Source: Octopus vulgaris
Lineage: Eukaryota
Reading direction: 5' to 3'
Assembly: GCA_951406725.2 (NCBI GenBank)
Contig: OX597815.1
Location: 203,732,001 to 203,796,000, forward strand
DNA: 64,000 nt
Below, piece by piece: positions 27,880 through 41,540 of the stretch. Numbering within the stretch: the first letter of the stretch is position 1; each line of letters opens with the position of its first letter. The notes beneath the pieces are model-generated. The model saw only the letters and a list, made by a program, of their open reading frames with translations. It did not search any database and was not told the origin of the DNA. The position numbers and the translations under genes are program-made.

Positions 27880-28195
27880 CGTAGAGCCCGTGCCGGTCCC
27901 CAGTTCAAAACAGCCCTGCTGAATGATACCAATGGCAACGTCAACCGCACAGAAATCGCCTACTTCGAACGCTGGAATGAACACTTCAGCCTTCGTCTCC
28001 ATCACCTACCTGTTCCAGTCGATCCCAGCCCAACCATCACTGCAGACTCAGTCACCGAAAATGGGTCGAAAATCCCGTGAGTCGAATATCCTGGTTTCAC
28101 TAATGGCCACCACATTGATATTCAGTGCCCTGAGGTCGTTGAGCTGGTGAACCAGCTTCCAAGGCGATCCGAGGCCACGTACATTCATGCTGCCT
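27880..28195 (-). mobile_element. LINE (L1/Tx1-like) AP-endonuclease N-terminal fragment
   Basis: GSMNVRGLGSPWKLVHQLNDLRALNINVVAISETRI matches the NVRGL...(Q/S)ET motifs. Confidence 0.6.
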
Positions 28196-28199
28196 ATTC

Positions 28200-31100
28200 T
28201 GTGCACTGCCATGTCAGAAAAAAAAGAGGAAGACTAACGTTGGTTAGGAGAAGTAGAGCTAGAAGCTATCAAAAGACGGGTATTAAAAAACAGCAGCAGG
28301 GGAAACGATGGAAATACTTTCATCAGTAGGATAGTGATAAATGTAATCTCATAGCAGAGAATATCGGTGAAATCTCTAATACACCAGAGGAAAGGAACAG
28401 TGATACCTTGCTCGGTGAGAGACATATAGATAGTTTGGAAGAAGACAATAAAACTAATGGTGACATGATACATGGGTGAGAGGTAATCTACGAAAGAATA
28501 AAGGCAAGGCTACAGGAGAACGATAGAAACATTAATTGCAACTTTAAAATGGTTGATCGGTGGAAATTGAACCAAGAAACGAAAAATGTGAATGAAATTC
28601 CGAAATACATCACAAAAACATCACAGAAATAAATAATGTGATCAAGGGATCAAGTATTGTTTTAGCAGAAAATGTGGGTGTTAATGTCAAGAAAAAGAAA
28701 TATAATGGGAGTGACAAAAGAAAAGATCCATGGTGGGAAAGAAGAATACTGACGGGGTGAGATATACTCACGAATGAAATTTCTGTGTTAAATCGAAAAG
28801 AGAAGGGAGAGCTTAAGGGCGAATAAAAATACAGGGTACTGAACAGGAAGTATGATATGGAAAGAAAGGGGATGAATGTGGTAATAGAGGAACTTAAACA
28901 GCGCCTCGATGCAGAGAAAGCAAAGATGGTAAGATACGACCAAATAATGAAGGGCTACCAGCCGAATAGGTTATTCAGAGTAGATCAGAAGAGATTCTAT
29001 AAAGAAATAAATGGAGAGTGTACAGATGAAAAGTTGATACCAGATAACTTTGAAAGTCAATTGTTTCGGTGTGACATCTGGAGCAAAGACGAGGAACACA
29101 AGAATGATGCTGAATGGTTGCAATAACTGAAAATAACATTAGTCTGTCCAAAACAAGCAGAACAAGTTATTGCAGTTAGGGAAGTGAAAGAAATCAGCAA
29201 AAGACGGGCAACTGGAAGGCCCCGGGACCAGATAGAGTTCAAGGCTACTGGATCAAAAGATGCACGAATAGCTGTACAACTCAGCACCTTGATAAATACC
29301 AACCAAGTAACACCAGAGTGGTTGACATTGGGTAGGACAGTGCTGTGTTTGAAAAAACATCATAAAAGGCAATACGGTAGACAATTACAGGCCTATATCC
29401 TGCCTGTGACTTATGTGGAAATTATTGACTGGAAAAGTTGCAGAGTCAATGTACGGACATAAGCAGAGGGGTTGCAAGCATAAGTGCAGAGGTACCAAGA
29501 ATCAACTCCTGGTAGACAAAACTGTACTTAGAGACTGCGAGAGGATGAAAACTAACTGCGTACGATATGATCCCATATTCTTGGATTATGGAATGTTTGG
29601 ACCTATTTGGTATTGCATCGAATGCTGAGCGATTGTTTGGAAAAAGTATGGCGAAAGGAAGGACAGAACTGACAGTATATGAAAGAAGTTTATAGAAATC
29701 AGGAGAGGCATCTTTCAGGGGGATTGCCTGTACTTACTGATCTTTGTACTGTGTGATACTACTAACACTGATACCGAGGAAAGCAAAGGCTGGGTATGCA
29801 TTCAAGAGCCGCCAACAAAAAGTCAGCCACTTGTTATTCATGGATGACCTCAAATTTTATGGTAAGCTTGAATCCCAAGCCAGTTCCCTCATTGAAAAAG
29901 TGTGGTATGTTAGTTTGAAGAGAGACAAAATCAAATGTATGGATGGGCTAGCGATACCGTCGGTAGAGGTTATGAAGCAGATAGATGAGACGGGCTATAA
30001 GTACTTGGGGATTTGGGAAAAGGATAAATTGATGGAGGAAGAAATGACAGAAAAAATTAAGGTGGTGTATTTGCGCAGACTGAGACTGATCCGTAAGTCG
30101 AAATTAAACGAACGGATTAATATTAAAGCTATTGACATCTGGGCGGCTTCACTCTTAGATATAGAGCAGGGGTAATCGCATAGACGAACTAAACAGCTAA
30201 GCCAGAAAGACAAGGAAGTTGCTGCCTAAAACGTGGCAAAGACAGACTGTATGTGCTAAAAAAAAGTGTGGTAAGTGGACTGATTGGAAACACAGTATTA
30301 GAGCAGAAGAAATCAACATAACATGGTATGTAAAAAATGCCACAGAACCGCTATTATTGGAAGTATGAAGGTCAGGCTTGTGTAGGATGGAAGATTACAA
30401 TGATAAAGTACAGTACAAGTACTTGAGAATGAATGAAACTGAAAATAGGTGAATAAAGAGCAGAATTCAAGGTTAATTTCATAGGGATGTTGAAGATAAC
30501 ACAGAGAAAAAAGATGGCTATGGATGACTAAAAGTGATTTAAAACCGGAAACTGAGGCGCTAATCTGTGCTGCCCAAGAGCAAGCAATGAGAACCAATCA
30601 TATCAAATGCAGAATAGACAACATATGAGAAAGTGTTAAGTGCAGAACTTGTGGACAAAATGATGAAACCGTAGAGCATATTACTAGGCAATGTACGCAA
30701 CTAGCTCAGAAAGAATATAAGAGACGTCATCACAATACAAGGATTGTCCATTGCAACAAGTGTGGACTTGACAGAGCAAAAAGTGTTACGAACATAAACC
30801 CGAAGGCATCATAGAAATCGATAATGCAAAGATTCAGTGCAACCATGAGACAAAGAATAGGAAACTAGGAATATGTTTAATTGAGAAAGAAAGCAAACGA
30901 TGCTGGATCATAGATATAGCATGCTCAGCTGACAACAAGGTACGTGATAAAGAAAAAGAAGTCGATAGATATAACAGGTTAGCTTGAGAGGTTAAGCAGT
31001 TGTGGTTGCTGAAAAAAGGTAGTAGTAGTACCAATAATTGTCGGAACACTGGAACAGTGAATAAAAATCTTGATTAGTACATGGAACAAGTAAGGGCTGC

Positions 31101-31250
31101 AATACGAGTGGAGCACTTGCAGAAAACAGCACTGCTTGAAACCACTCGAATACTCCGGATAGTGCTCGAAATATAAGGAGCGTTACCTTAGTTCACTGGT
31201 AATGAACAACTGACACCGTAGTACATTTCCAGCGTTAGAAACTATGCAAT
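28200..31250 (+). mobile_element. R4/Dong-clade non-LTR retrotransposon, long decayed copy (RT + CCHC + RLE)
   Basis: IEELKQRL..NRLFRVDQKRFYKEING; MWKLLTG; [15 protein letters not shown]; SHLLFMDDLKFY; LICAAQEQA; CRTCGQNDETVEHI; LQKTALLETTRILR. Followed by (TAA)n. Confidence 0.9.
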
Positions 31251-31251
31251 G

Positions 31252-31253
31252 AC

Positions 31254-31321
<68 letters not shown>

Positions 31322-31360
31322 TGATAATAGCAACAACAACAACAATAATAATAATAATAA
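31252..31360. repeat. (TAA)n array
   Basis: Direct inspection. Confidence 0.95.
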
Positions 31361-31361
31361 A

Positions 31362-31550
31362 CATTTCTACTATAGGCAAAATGCCTGAAATTTGTGGGAG
31401 GGAGATTATCTCGATCCCAGTATTCAACTGGTACTTAATTTACCGACCCCGAAAAGATGAAAGGCTCAGTCGACCTCAGAATATAGCGGCGGCCGAAAAA
31501 CCGCTAAGCATTTCGCCCGACGTGCTAAAGATTCTGCCAGCGCACCGCCT
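31362..31550 (-). mobile_element. SINE family B
   Basis: caactggtacttaatttaccgaccccgaaaagatgaaagg...ttctgccagcgcaccgcc. Confidence 0.8.
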
Positions 31551-32102
31551 TGATAATAATAATAATAATATTGTTATTATTATTGTTGTTGTTGTTGTTG
31601 TTGTTGTCATTATTATAACAACAATACTACCTGCTTCTGACCGTAACTGATTGGAAGTATTATCATGTGCATTGTTTGGTCTTGGTATAAATGGTGGGCT
31701 ACAACAAATATTCTGCTCAATACCACAGATTTCCTTGTCAGTTGTTTGACCATAACCAGTTGAACATGTCCCTTAGTAGCAGACAATAATCGCATCTCTG
31801 ATCATAAGTAGATGTAGTGGGGTGCATCATAGCCATGTCTTGGGAGGAAATTCTTTGGGGTTTGAAGAATTTAGCTCTGGAAACATGAGTGTTTCGTTTA
31901 TCTATTTATCTTGATATGAGATCACCATGTCACGCACATATGATTGTGATGCATGTACCTGGTGTATCCTTATCATACAAGTAGTCATGGAGGGTATAAT
32001 GGACTTCGTATTCTTTTACACCAGTGTCACTTTGAAGGCATGCCCTTCATCTCTCGCTTAATAATAATAATAACAATAATAATAATAATAATAATAATAA
32101 TG

Positions 32103-32154
<52 letters not shown>

Positions 32155-32165
32155 TAATAATGATA

Positions 32166-32488
32166 ATGGAGAAGCTCTCAAAATACAAAGACCTGGAAAT
32201 AGAGGTAACCAGAATGTGGAATCTAAAATCAGAAACAATTCCTATCATAGTAGGTGCATTAGGCATGATAAAAAAATATTCAAACAAATACATAACAAAA
32301 ACACAAGGACTTACAAACACATATAACATACAGAAAATTGCACTACTAGGCACTGCACACATCCTACGCAGAACACTTTCCATACAATAACCATCAGAGC
32401 ATCTCAGAGCATCACAACAAATCACAGCACATACCCAAGGCACACAGAGCCGCGCTCGGTAGTGAAGTGAAAGCACGCTATAAAACTA
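32166..32488 (+). mobile_element. Young Dong-like RLE 3' end inside (TAA)n
   Basis: MEKLSKYKDLEIEVTRMWNLKSETIPIIVGALG...QKIALLGTAHILRRTLSIQ*. (TAA)n on both sides. Near-identical to 45187-45508. Confidence 0.85.
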
Positions 32489-33204
32489 AATAATAATAAT
32501 AAGAAGAAGAATACGGGCAACAAGGGATGAGTTAAAATTGTAAGGGAAGGTATATATAATTGATACTTTGTAGATCTTGAGTGTTATATAAATTCAATCA
32601 AAACGTCATTGGATACTTATAGAATATAGTTACAACTAGAACAATTTTTAGGATTGCCTGCTTCAGTGAAGTCGTTGCATTGCAGACCAATTACGTTTCA
32701 TTGTAACGTACTTAACAGTACTGAGGTTGAGTAAATTCTGCTTAAAATTAATTCTTTTGAATTTTTCAAGCAAAATAATTCCATTAGCTAAAAATAGATA
32801 AAAGACAATAGTTAATACAATCATATTGATCTCAAAATTTATCAAGGTCTACAAGTAATACTTATACTTATTTCTAGAGATAAGTTTTATTTTAATATTT
32901 ATTATCTAATTACTTTTTCATCTATTTTTTCTTGTCTTCTATTCTTTGTTTGCTATAAAAAGAAAAGAAATGACAGCAATTATTAAAAGAAACGAAATCT
33001 GTGCCATATATTTCCTGGATTTAAAATTTCCCGGAATTGATTGGAGACGAGACTGACTGAACAGGAACTAAAGTTGTTTCGATTTTGGTTATCCATTAGC
33101 TAAGATTGAAATTGTTTAGACAGTTATTTAGCTTAAACAATGAACATTAGCTTAACAATAAAGATTAGCTTAACAATAACAAAGCCCATTTCTGCAAAGA
33201 ATGT

Positions 33205-33734
<530 letters not shown>

Positions 33735-34361
33735 TATGCATAATGTATAAATACAGGCACTCACATACACATATATATATAAGCATCCTAAAGTTCTTTG
33801 GAGTATTTCTTTGCTGCATATAATCGAAAACAATTATATGTGTGTATGTGTATGTATGTGTGTACGAGCCTGTATGTTAGTTTTCCGTGTGGTAACTTGA
33901 CTTCACAGAAATAGCAACCAAGTTTCTCTCAAATCGTAATTTAATTACTATTACATATAAGCTATTATCAAATCACAAATTAAATTCTATTACATACAGA
34001 CTACTATATCGTAGCCAAATGTAATACAAATATCCTATTCAAAATTTCACTCAAGTCGCACCCTATCAATACCTGTATCAGAAAGTTTATCAGTTTGAAA
34101 ACAGGCGTCACAACAGCCGAATGTTACTGGCAAGAATATATAGAATTTCAGTGTCTCTGCAGGCACTGATCTTCCAACTATCTGACAGGCTGTCAATGAT
34201 ATAAGTACAAGTGCTTCTATGCATCACAAGTCCATATGAGAGGTTCTCTCATGGTAAATAAGGCAGTATTCGTTGTTGTAGCAAAACATCCACCGCAAGT
34301 TAGTCATAAAGACTGCGTTTTGCGACTAATACTGCTTCTGTCACTATTGGTTAATTTTTAG

Positions 34362-34540
34362 CTAGAATACCCGTGTCGTCACAAATGCAGTCTATTTTAT
34401 TGATGATAGAAAATGGCACATCAACACAATGGGATAAACCATTAATAAATATCAGCAATCTAGTAAATATTTGTACATACAGAGAACTGAAGCTATTGGA
34501 GAATCAGATTGGGCTGTAACGTCTCGGTTGAAAATATCAC
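34362..34540 (-). mobile_element. Second copy of the old CTAG-ended (Helitron-like) repeat
   Basis: Homology to 7917-8080. Confidence 0.55.
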
Positions 34541-34852
34541 CCACATAACGTATGTGTGTGTATGTACACACACTCATACATGCATACACAAATACATATA
34601 CACTTATATGCACTTATACATACATATATATGTACATATAAAACACATGTGTGTATATATGTATATGTGTACACATGTATACATACATATATATATATAT
34701 ATATATAAGCATACATACATACATGCATACATACATACATACATACATACATACATACATACGAAGGTGTTGTTTTAGTTCCACCTGCTAAATCCACTCA
34801 CAAAGCTTAGATCACCCCTACAATATTGTAGAAGACTACACACACACACACT

Positions 34853-34887
<35 letters not shown>

Positions 34888-34899
34888 AATTGTATATTA

Positions 34900-36071
34900 G
34901 GGCTACCCTTGGTTTCATCTTAAGAAAAATATCTCAATGTCTTAACAAACTTTCAGACCGATCACACGGTAGAATAGTGTTCGTTTCATCTCCATTGTCG
35001 ATGAAAACACGAACAATCTTGGGAATTTACAAACAATTCTCGTAAAGAAATCAAGAAATCGATGGACGTTACTTTTGGATGACACCTTCTGAGTGATTAT
35101 CTCCCTTCGGCTTGATTTTTGGGGAAAACCGTATTGGATGGCGAATTTTTTGCAGTATATTATATTATATTCTGGATACATGTGACGATCGTATGTATGT
35201 GTGCTGAGAGAGTTCATCAGCGGTGGGTATGTATCCTCTATGTGTGGAGTTCGTATGTTGTATATCTTCTACGTTCACGTTCTGGGAAAGAAACTATCCT
35301 GGTGGGGTTGGCGGAGTGGTTGGTGGTTCCTCTTTGAAATGTAAAATATTGTTTGTGTATGCAGAGAGAGGTCCCCCCACCCGAATATTTAAGAGGTAAC
35401 CTGTTGTCTTCATGATATTTAACTTTTCAGTGATACAGAGTTCACATTTGGTACACCGTCTACTGTATTTTTTAGGTTTAGCAATAATGATGCATGTTAT
35501 ATGGCGGTTGCTTCCTCCTCCTTCTTTCAATGTCCATATCATATTGAATTGGGATTCGCATGTCTTTTATTTTTGTTCCTGAATGACGCCAGGTGTTGTG
35601 TGTATCTTTCCCTGAACGTCATTTCGATATACGTCTTTGTTACTCCATTGAGATCTATGATTTTGGCCTTGTATATAAGTTCTTTTTCCAGACAATTATT
35701 ATTTAGAGAAGAGTGGTTTGGAGATCTACAGTTACAGTGTCTTTTGGGAGCATTCTCGGTGGATCTATTTTTATTGTGGTTGAGTATTATCGACCCTGTA
35801 TTGGGGAGGCAACTATAGGTAACTTTAACGACATTTCTATTGAATATCTTGTGGTACTTGTGTGAATGTGGGAAGTGATTATCTTTTAATTTTAAGAAAC
35901 TTCTAGCTATGTTAATGGCTACATTCATGCTATAAGCTGAGTTAAACCATAAAAGTTTCCTCTGGTCGATCTACATTTGGTTCAATGTAGTTTATGCTAT
36001 TCTTGAAGTCTGATCTTTCCAATGCAGCATTATAGTATGGGGTGACCTGTTCAAAACTATCTTTATCTGCT
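34900..36071 (-). mobile_element. Penelope-like element: RT thumb/linker, GIY-YIG endonuclease and 3' region
   Basis: PYYNAALERS..LWFN..YSMNV..FLKL..HFP..HKIFNRNVVKVTYSCLPN..CNCR..CL..LIYKA..TYI..FRERY..H.ASF; IWTLKE..CELCITEK..LLNIR. Confidence 0.85.
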
Positions 36072-36248
36072 TAAAGAAGTCAATTTCCTAGATATTAACA
36101 TGAACCTCCGCACAAGCAAATTTAAACCCCACAACAAACCAAATCAGGAAGACTCCTACATAGATTTAGGCGCTAACCAACAACCATAATCATTGAACAA
36201 TTAATTAATAGAATTAGCAGGCGCATCCCAAATATATCCGCCGATACA
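36072..36248 (+). mobile_element. Inverted upstream RT segment of the same Penelope-like element
   Basis: EVNFLDINMNLRTSKFKPHNKPNQEDSYI...IIEQLINRISRRIPNISAD, which continues as ADKDSFEQ on the minus strand from ~36070. Confidence 0.75.
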
Positions 36249-36265
36249 TATTCTTAATGGTACCT

Positions 36266-36492
36266 ATTTCTTTACTACCCACAAGGGGCTAAACACAGAG
36301 AGGACAAACAAGGACAAACAAACGGATTAAGTCGATTATATCGACCCCAGTGCATAACTGGTACTTATTTAATCGACCCCGAAAGGATGAAAGGCAAAGT
36401 CGACCTCGGCAGAATTTGAACTCAGAACGTAATGGCAGACGAAATACGGCTACGCATTTCGCCCGGCGTGCTAACGTTTCTGCCAGCTCGTC
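36266..36492 (-). mobile_element. Young SINE family B variant with 10-bp TSD
   Basis: TSD aatggtacct at 36256-36265 and 36493-36502. Distinct 3' tail (tttagccccttgtgggtagtaaagaaat). Confidence 0.9.
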
Positions 36493-37039
36493 AATGGTAC
36501 CTCAAACTGGTAGGTACGCTCTCTGAATGCTCACTTTGGTATGCCACTAAAATTCCGGTGTAAATTGCACTTGAACATGCGATTTGGCGATTGCCTTTCT
36601 AAAGCGGCTAACAGTAGTTTCCTCTTGAGAAAGGTATGTATAGATGAATATAGAAATGAAGAGGCAAACGGTTTGGTAAGACTTGTGAAGTACATTTAAT
36701 TTAGCTATTTAATAAAAAAAAGGTATATATAGTCTCTAAAGGCTGTTTCTAGGATATCCTAGCTATTGCGCCTTCGTACAGAGCGAGGAAGATTCCATGG
36801 GCCAAGTATTCCCTCATAGGAGAGGGAGATGTTAAATAGATGTAGCAGTGTAGGATCATTAATCAACAGTTATATTAATATTATTATATTTTATAGTGTC
36901 TAAAAGAAAAGCAACCCGGTTACAAATCTTATTAAAATATATATATTCATTAGGTAAATCAGTGACCAAATGAAGAGAATCGGTAATGTCTTTTAGTAGA
37001 ATTAAAACATAGAGAAACGTGTGGTTATACTCCATGGCA

Positions 37040-37790
37040 AGTGGAAAATAAGTGTTAGCAGTTCCAATGCTGGAGTATTAAAAAAATGCTCCAATGTTGG
37101 AGTATTTAAAAAAAGTTTGAGTGTTAAAAAGGTTGAAGACATCAACAACATTATTCCCAACTATGTTAGAATGACTTCCAGATATTATCTTCCCTATGAA
37201 ATATGACGCAGAGGCCAGAACGGTCTAGAAAAGGATAGCAAAAGAACATCCCTACAGAGGAAGCTGACTATATTGAGACTAATGTATTCAAAGAATATTG
37301 GCTTAACTTAAAAATGAAAACAGCCACCAGGTGAAAACAAACCCGGCTGGATATTGTTGTGAGGGGCCACAAGGAAAAGAAATGTTCTTTTGTAGAAATC
37401 AGCTGCCCTTTGGTCACCTGTTTCGTTCGAAAAATACACGAGAAGGAAGTCATCTATGGATCATTAATAAAGTGTTTGTAAATACAGTACCCAAGACACA
37501 CTTTCAGCGTTATGCCCATTATTATTGGAGCAACAGAATACACCTGGAGCAAAGCATGGCTGAGCTTAGGATTTGGGGGAAAAGGCAAATCCTTAATTTA
37601 TACCCTACACATGATGATGGTGTCTAGGATTATAAAAATCTATAACACCTTAAGATTTAAAGGATGATGAACAAAAAATGATGCTTTCCTTCACAAACTT
37701 GCTACTACGTTCGTGGATGGTCTAAATTAAAAAGAAAGAGAACACACACATAGACACAAAGATACATACACAAACACACACACGAAAATA
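37040..37790 (+). mobile_element. Third, older CATA-type R4/Dong-like RLE fragment
   Basis: EDINNII..MTSRYYLP; LDIVV..KKCSFVEISCP..HEKEVIYGSLI..QYP..FSVMPIIIGA..LGF. Ends near atacatacatgcata. Confidence 0.7.
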
Positions 37791-37835
37791 ATACATACAT
37801 GCATATGCAACCATATTATCACGTATCCTTATACA

Positions 37836-38225
37836 TTGCGGGTCACACTTCGTTTCCAGTCTTACTTTGTTTGGTCCCATTTCGTTCATTTAGTCCTGAA
37901 TAGTTTGACTATGTCTTCTCATTACTTTGAAGGCCCCCTTGTTGTGCTCTCCGATCTCACAGATAATCCTGGACAGCTGCGTAAGTATACTTGCTTGTTG
38001 CCTGTGAATCATGCGAACTGTCTAGCTCAATTGATCTTGTGCTTTCGTTATTATCTTCTGATATCGTTTGCTCCATTGCAGTCTCGAATAACCACGTTTC
38101 GGATATTTTCCTGCAATGTTCTTTGTTTGTAATAGTCCAAGTTGTATTTGCGCATATGAGTGCATGTAGGATGGTGCTTTTGAAGAAATTAGCACGCAGG
38201 ATATTGTCCAAAAAAGCACACCTTT
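37836..38225 (-). mobile_element. Probable RTE-like LINE fragment
   Basis: LRANFFKSTILHALICANTTW resembles the post-RT F...VLP.L.Y..ETW motif; heavily decayed. Confidence 0.4.
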
Positions 38226-38251
38226 AATGGGTAAAAACGCTTTCTCCCTTG

Positions 38252-38433
<182 letters not shown>

Positions 38434-39185
38434 CCGCGCTTGTACGTGTGTAAACCTATTCATTTGGTTATCTACTGTCTGCTTTTTTATATGACTGATA
38501 TGATAGCTCGGAAATAAAGAAAAATATATTTTCTTTAAGAAGCAATTGAAAATAAAAATTAATATAAAAAAATCAATTTTAGGCCATTTTTATTGCAATG
38601 TCATAAGCAACTAGGCTATATTATATTTTGTCATGCGCTTGTTTCAGCTGTTAAAACTGACCTGCAATTAGCTGTGAGGTATCTGTTTTTAACTTCGGAT
38701 TTTAAATAAAAAAAATAAATGATCACTTGTAAGGATTTACATAAAGATTTTATTTTTGTGTTTTCTCTAATTCTGAATGAAATCGTGAAAGCTTCATTGA
38801 TATTTTAAAGAAGAAAAAAAGTAGAAACTGAAAAGCAATAAAAAAATCAAGAACAAAAACGTAGCAATATTCTCTAAATAAGTGAGATAGAAGGCATTTT
38901 GTTTCATGTTAAATATTCCGAAAGCTAAAATGCCTGAACGGACTTTTTTTCTTAATATACTTTTGAAAACAATTTAACAATGCATTCATGCACACTGATC
39001 CGTTAGTTGAATAATTCTGGCTTAAATTTACTCATCTTACTTTCTTTTCTCATATTAACAATAATGTGAACCTTTCAAGAAGCCTTCGCATAATAAATCC
39101 AAAACCCAAACCTACAAGGACCCATGCTTTATTAAATCTATTGTCTTCCAACTGATTAAAACTATACATACACACACACACATGT

Positions 39186-39231
<46 letters not shown>

Positions 39232-39236
39232 TCGTA

Positions 39237-39295
<59 letters not shown>

Positions 39296-39450
39296 GAATA
39301 AGGGTATATTTTTCATTAAAATCATTTTCAAGTGTATGTGTGTCTGTCTCAGCTTATGTGAATATCTTTGAATGTATGTCTGCTTTACGTGTGAGCACAT
39401 ACACTCAACCATACACACATCCAGAAACAAGCACACAGCGACACACACAT

Positions 39451-39483
<33 letters not shown>

Positions 39484-39887
39484 CACACACACACACACAT
39501 ACACACACACACACTGTGCCCCCAGTTCTGTCAGAAACACCAGCTATAATGTTTTGCCGACAGCCAAATTGTATCATTGTTTAATGTGAACATAGAACCT
39601 TTGAACTTCTAAATATAATATAAGCCCTTTTGAAGTCCTTTTTTCCATTCTTAAGCCATAAATCTCATACCTTATTTTATTTTAACGCCGGAAAAGTTTT
39701 AATTTATTTAAAATGAAATGAGGTCTTGTATTAAAATATAATTCTTTGAGAGGCTATATCTAGGAATAGGAAAGTACAAGAAAGTGGATCTACAGCCAAA
39801 CTATTGTTATGTAGGGCGTCGAAGTGGATTGTTTGTTAGAGCAGTTGCTCTCCAAGATTTCAGCCATGGTGATGAGTAATAATTATG

Positions 39888-40100
39888 ATTGGTTTCAAAT
39901 TTTGGCACAGGGTCAGAAATTTAGGGGCTAAGTCGATTAGCTCGATCTCAGTGCTCAACTTGTACTTTTTTTTATCAACATTGAAATTATAAATGTCCAA
40001 AGTTGCCCTCGGCGTAATTTGAACTTAAAACACAAAAACGGACGAAATGCTGATAAGCAGCTTGCCCGGCATGCTAACGATTCTTCCGGCTCACCGCCCT
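39888..40100 (-). mobile_element. SINE family B (diverged)
   Basis: tttcaaattttggcacag...ctcggcgtaatttgaact...tgcccggcatgctaacgattct. Confidence 0.75.
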
Positions 40101-40471
40101 GGTTAATTATTAATATTAATATATAAAATAACTCAATCGGGACGGAAATTGGATTGCAGACTCAGAACATTCCCCACCATTACTCGACGCTGTATCTCTG
40201 AACCTATATTTACTACTACGCTGTGTTCCTTGTACCTGTATACCTATGTGAAATTGAAATACTTACTGAGGGGATAGATTTCACATGTTTGTGGTTTGAA
40301 ATAATGATTCCTTTATTATAACAGATTTTCCTTAAGATCTCTGATAGATTTCTGAGTGTTAGAGAAAACGAAACAAAACATCCTAGACTAACTCTGTACT
40401 TACGTCTATTAGTTATTCATAGTTAGTACATTTCTCAGGTTAGTAATATTAATGTAATTGACGTTCACTCC

Positions 40472-40833
40472 TAAACGATTTAGATTCCTAACTACTCCCA
40501 CATTTTGCGGTGCAGTGTAACCAAAACCGGGTATCTTATAGCCGTGATTCATATCGAGCCCTTCTGGGTATTAGCGCGCGTCTACGATGAGTCTACGATT
40601 TAAAAACAAATTTACCATCATTTTTTCCCATTTTAATGCATTTTTGTCGCTATCATATAAGGCAAGTAACTCTCTAAAATGTCTACGATGAGTCAACGAT
40701 TTAAAAAAAAATTTACCATCATTTTTTTCCCATTTTTAATGCATTTTTTGCTATTTTTTGGCTATAACTCTCTAAAAATGCTTATATAGTTATTTCCCTT
40801 ACAAACCCGAGCAACGCCGGGCGATACTGCTAG
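40472..40833 (+). mobile_element. 5'-truncated non-autonomous Helitron (family H1) with internal duplication
   Basis: Matches 61090-61485 from acgatttagattcc onward. 3' hairpin cccgagcaacgccggg, then gatactgCTAG|T. Confidence 0.8.
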
Positions 40834-41143
40834 TATTAATATAATTGACGTTCACTCTAAACAAATATAGGCTCATGTCTCGAGTTAATAAATGAAGTCG
40901 AGAGATAGCCATACTTAAAGTCATAAACCGACTTTAACATGAAACATTTAGTCAAATGTGTTTTTTAAATCTTAGGGAAGAGAAGAAAATGTCCTAGATA
41001 ATTTTTTCATGCAACATTGGAAATATTTATCTTAACACGAAACCTTGGTCTATCCAAGAATTACCCCAGAAATACAATCACTTTAGGGTACGGTTTAAAC
41101 ATTCCTCGGATTTAGTCAGTATCTGCACAATCTCAGATATATA

Positions 41144-41306
41144 GGCACAGGAGTGGCTGTGTGGTAAGTAGCTTGCTAACCAACCACATGGTTCCGGGTT
41201 CAGTCCCACTGCGTGGCATCTTGGGCAAGTGTCTTCTGCTATTGCCCCGGGCCGACCAATGCCTTGTGAGTGGATTTGGTAGACGGAAACTGAAAGAAGC
41301 CTGTCG

Positions 41307-41339
<33 letters not shown>

Positions 41340-41540
41340 TTGTGTGTCTGTGTTTGTCCCCCTAACATAGCTTGACAACCGATGCTGGTGTGTTTACGTC
41401 CCCGTCACTTAGCGGTTCGGCAAAAGAGACCGATAGAATAAGTACTGGGCTTACAAAGAATAAGTCCCGGGGTCGATTTACTCGACTAAAGGCGGTGCTC
41501 CAACATGGCCGCAGTCAAATGACTGAAACAAGTAAAAGAG
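41144..41540 (+). mobile_element. SINE family A, full length
   Basis: Near-identical to 1558-1983 and 52381-52792. Confidence 0.92.

Noticed and set aside
31630-32050. GC-richer block between TAA arrays
   Set aside because: Probably an interspersed repeat, but single copy here with no motif I can assign.
33128-33180. Three ~18-bp ttagcttaacaat repeats; also short duplications at 61783-61835
   Set aside because: Simple tandem slippage with no unique spacers, so not CRISPR-like; the context is eukaryotic.
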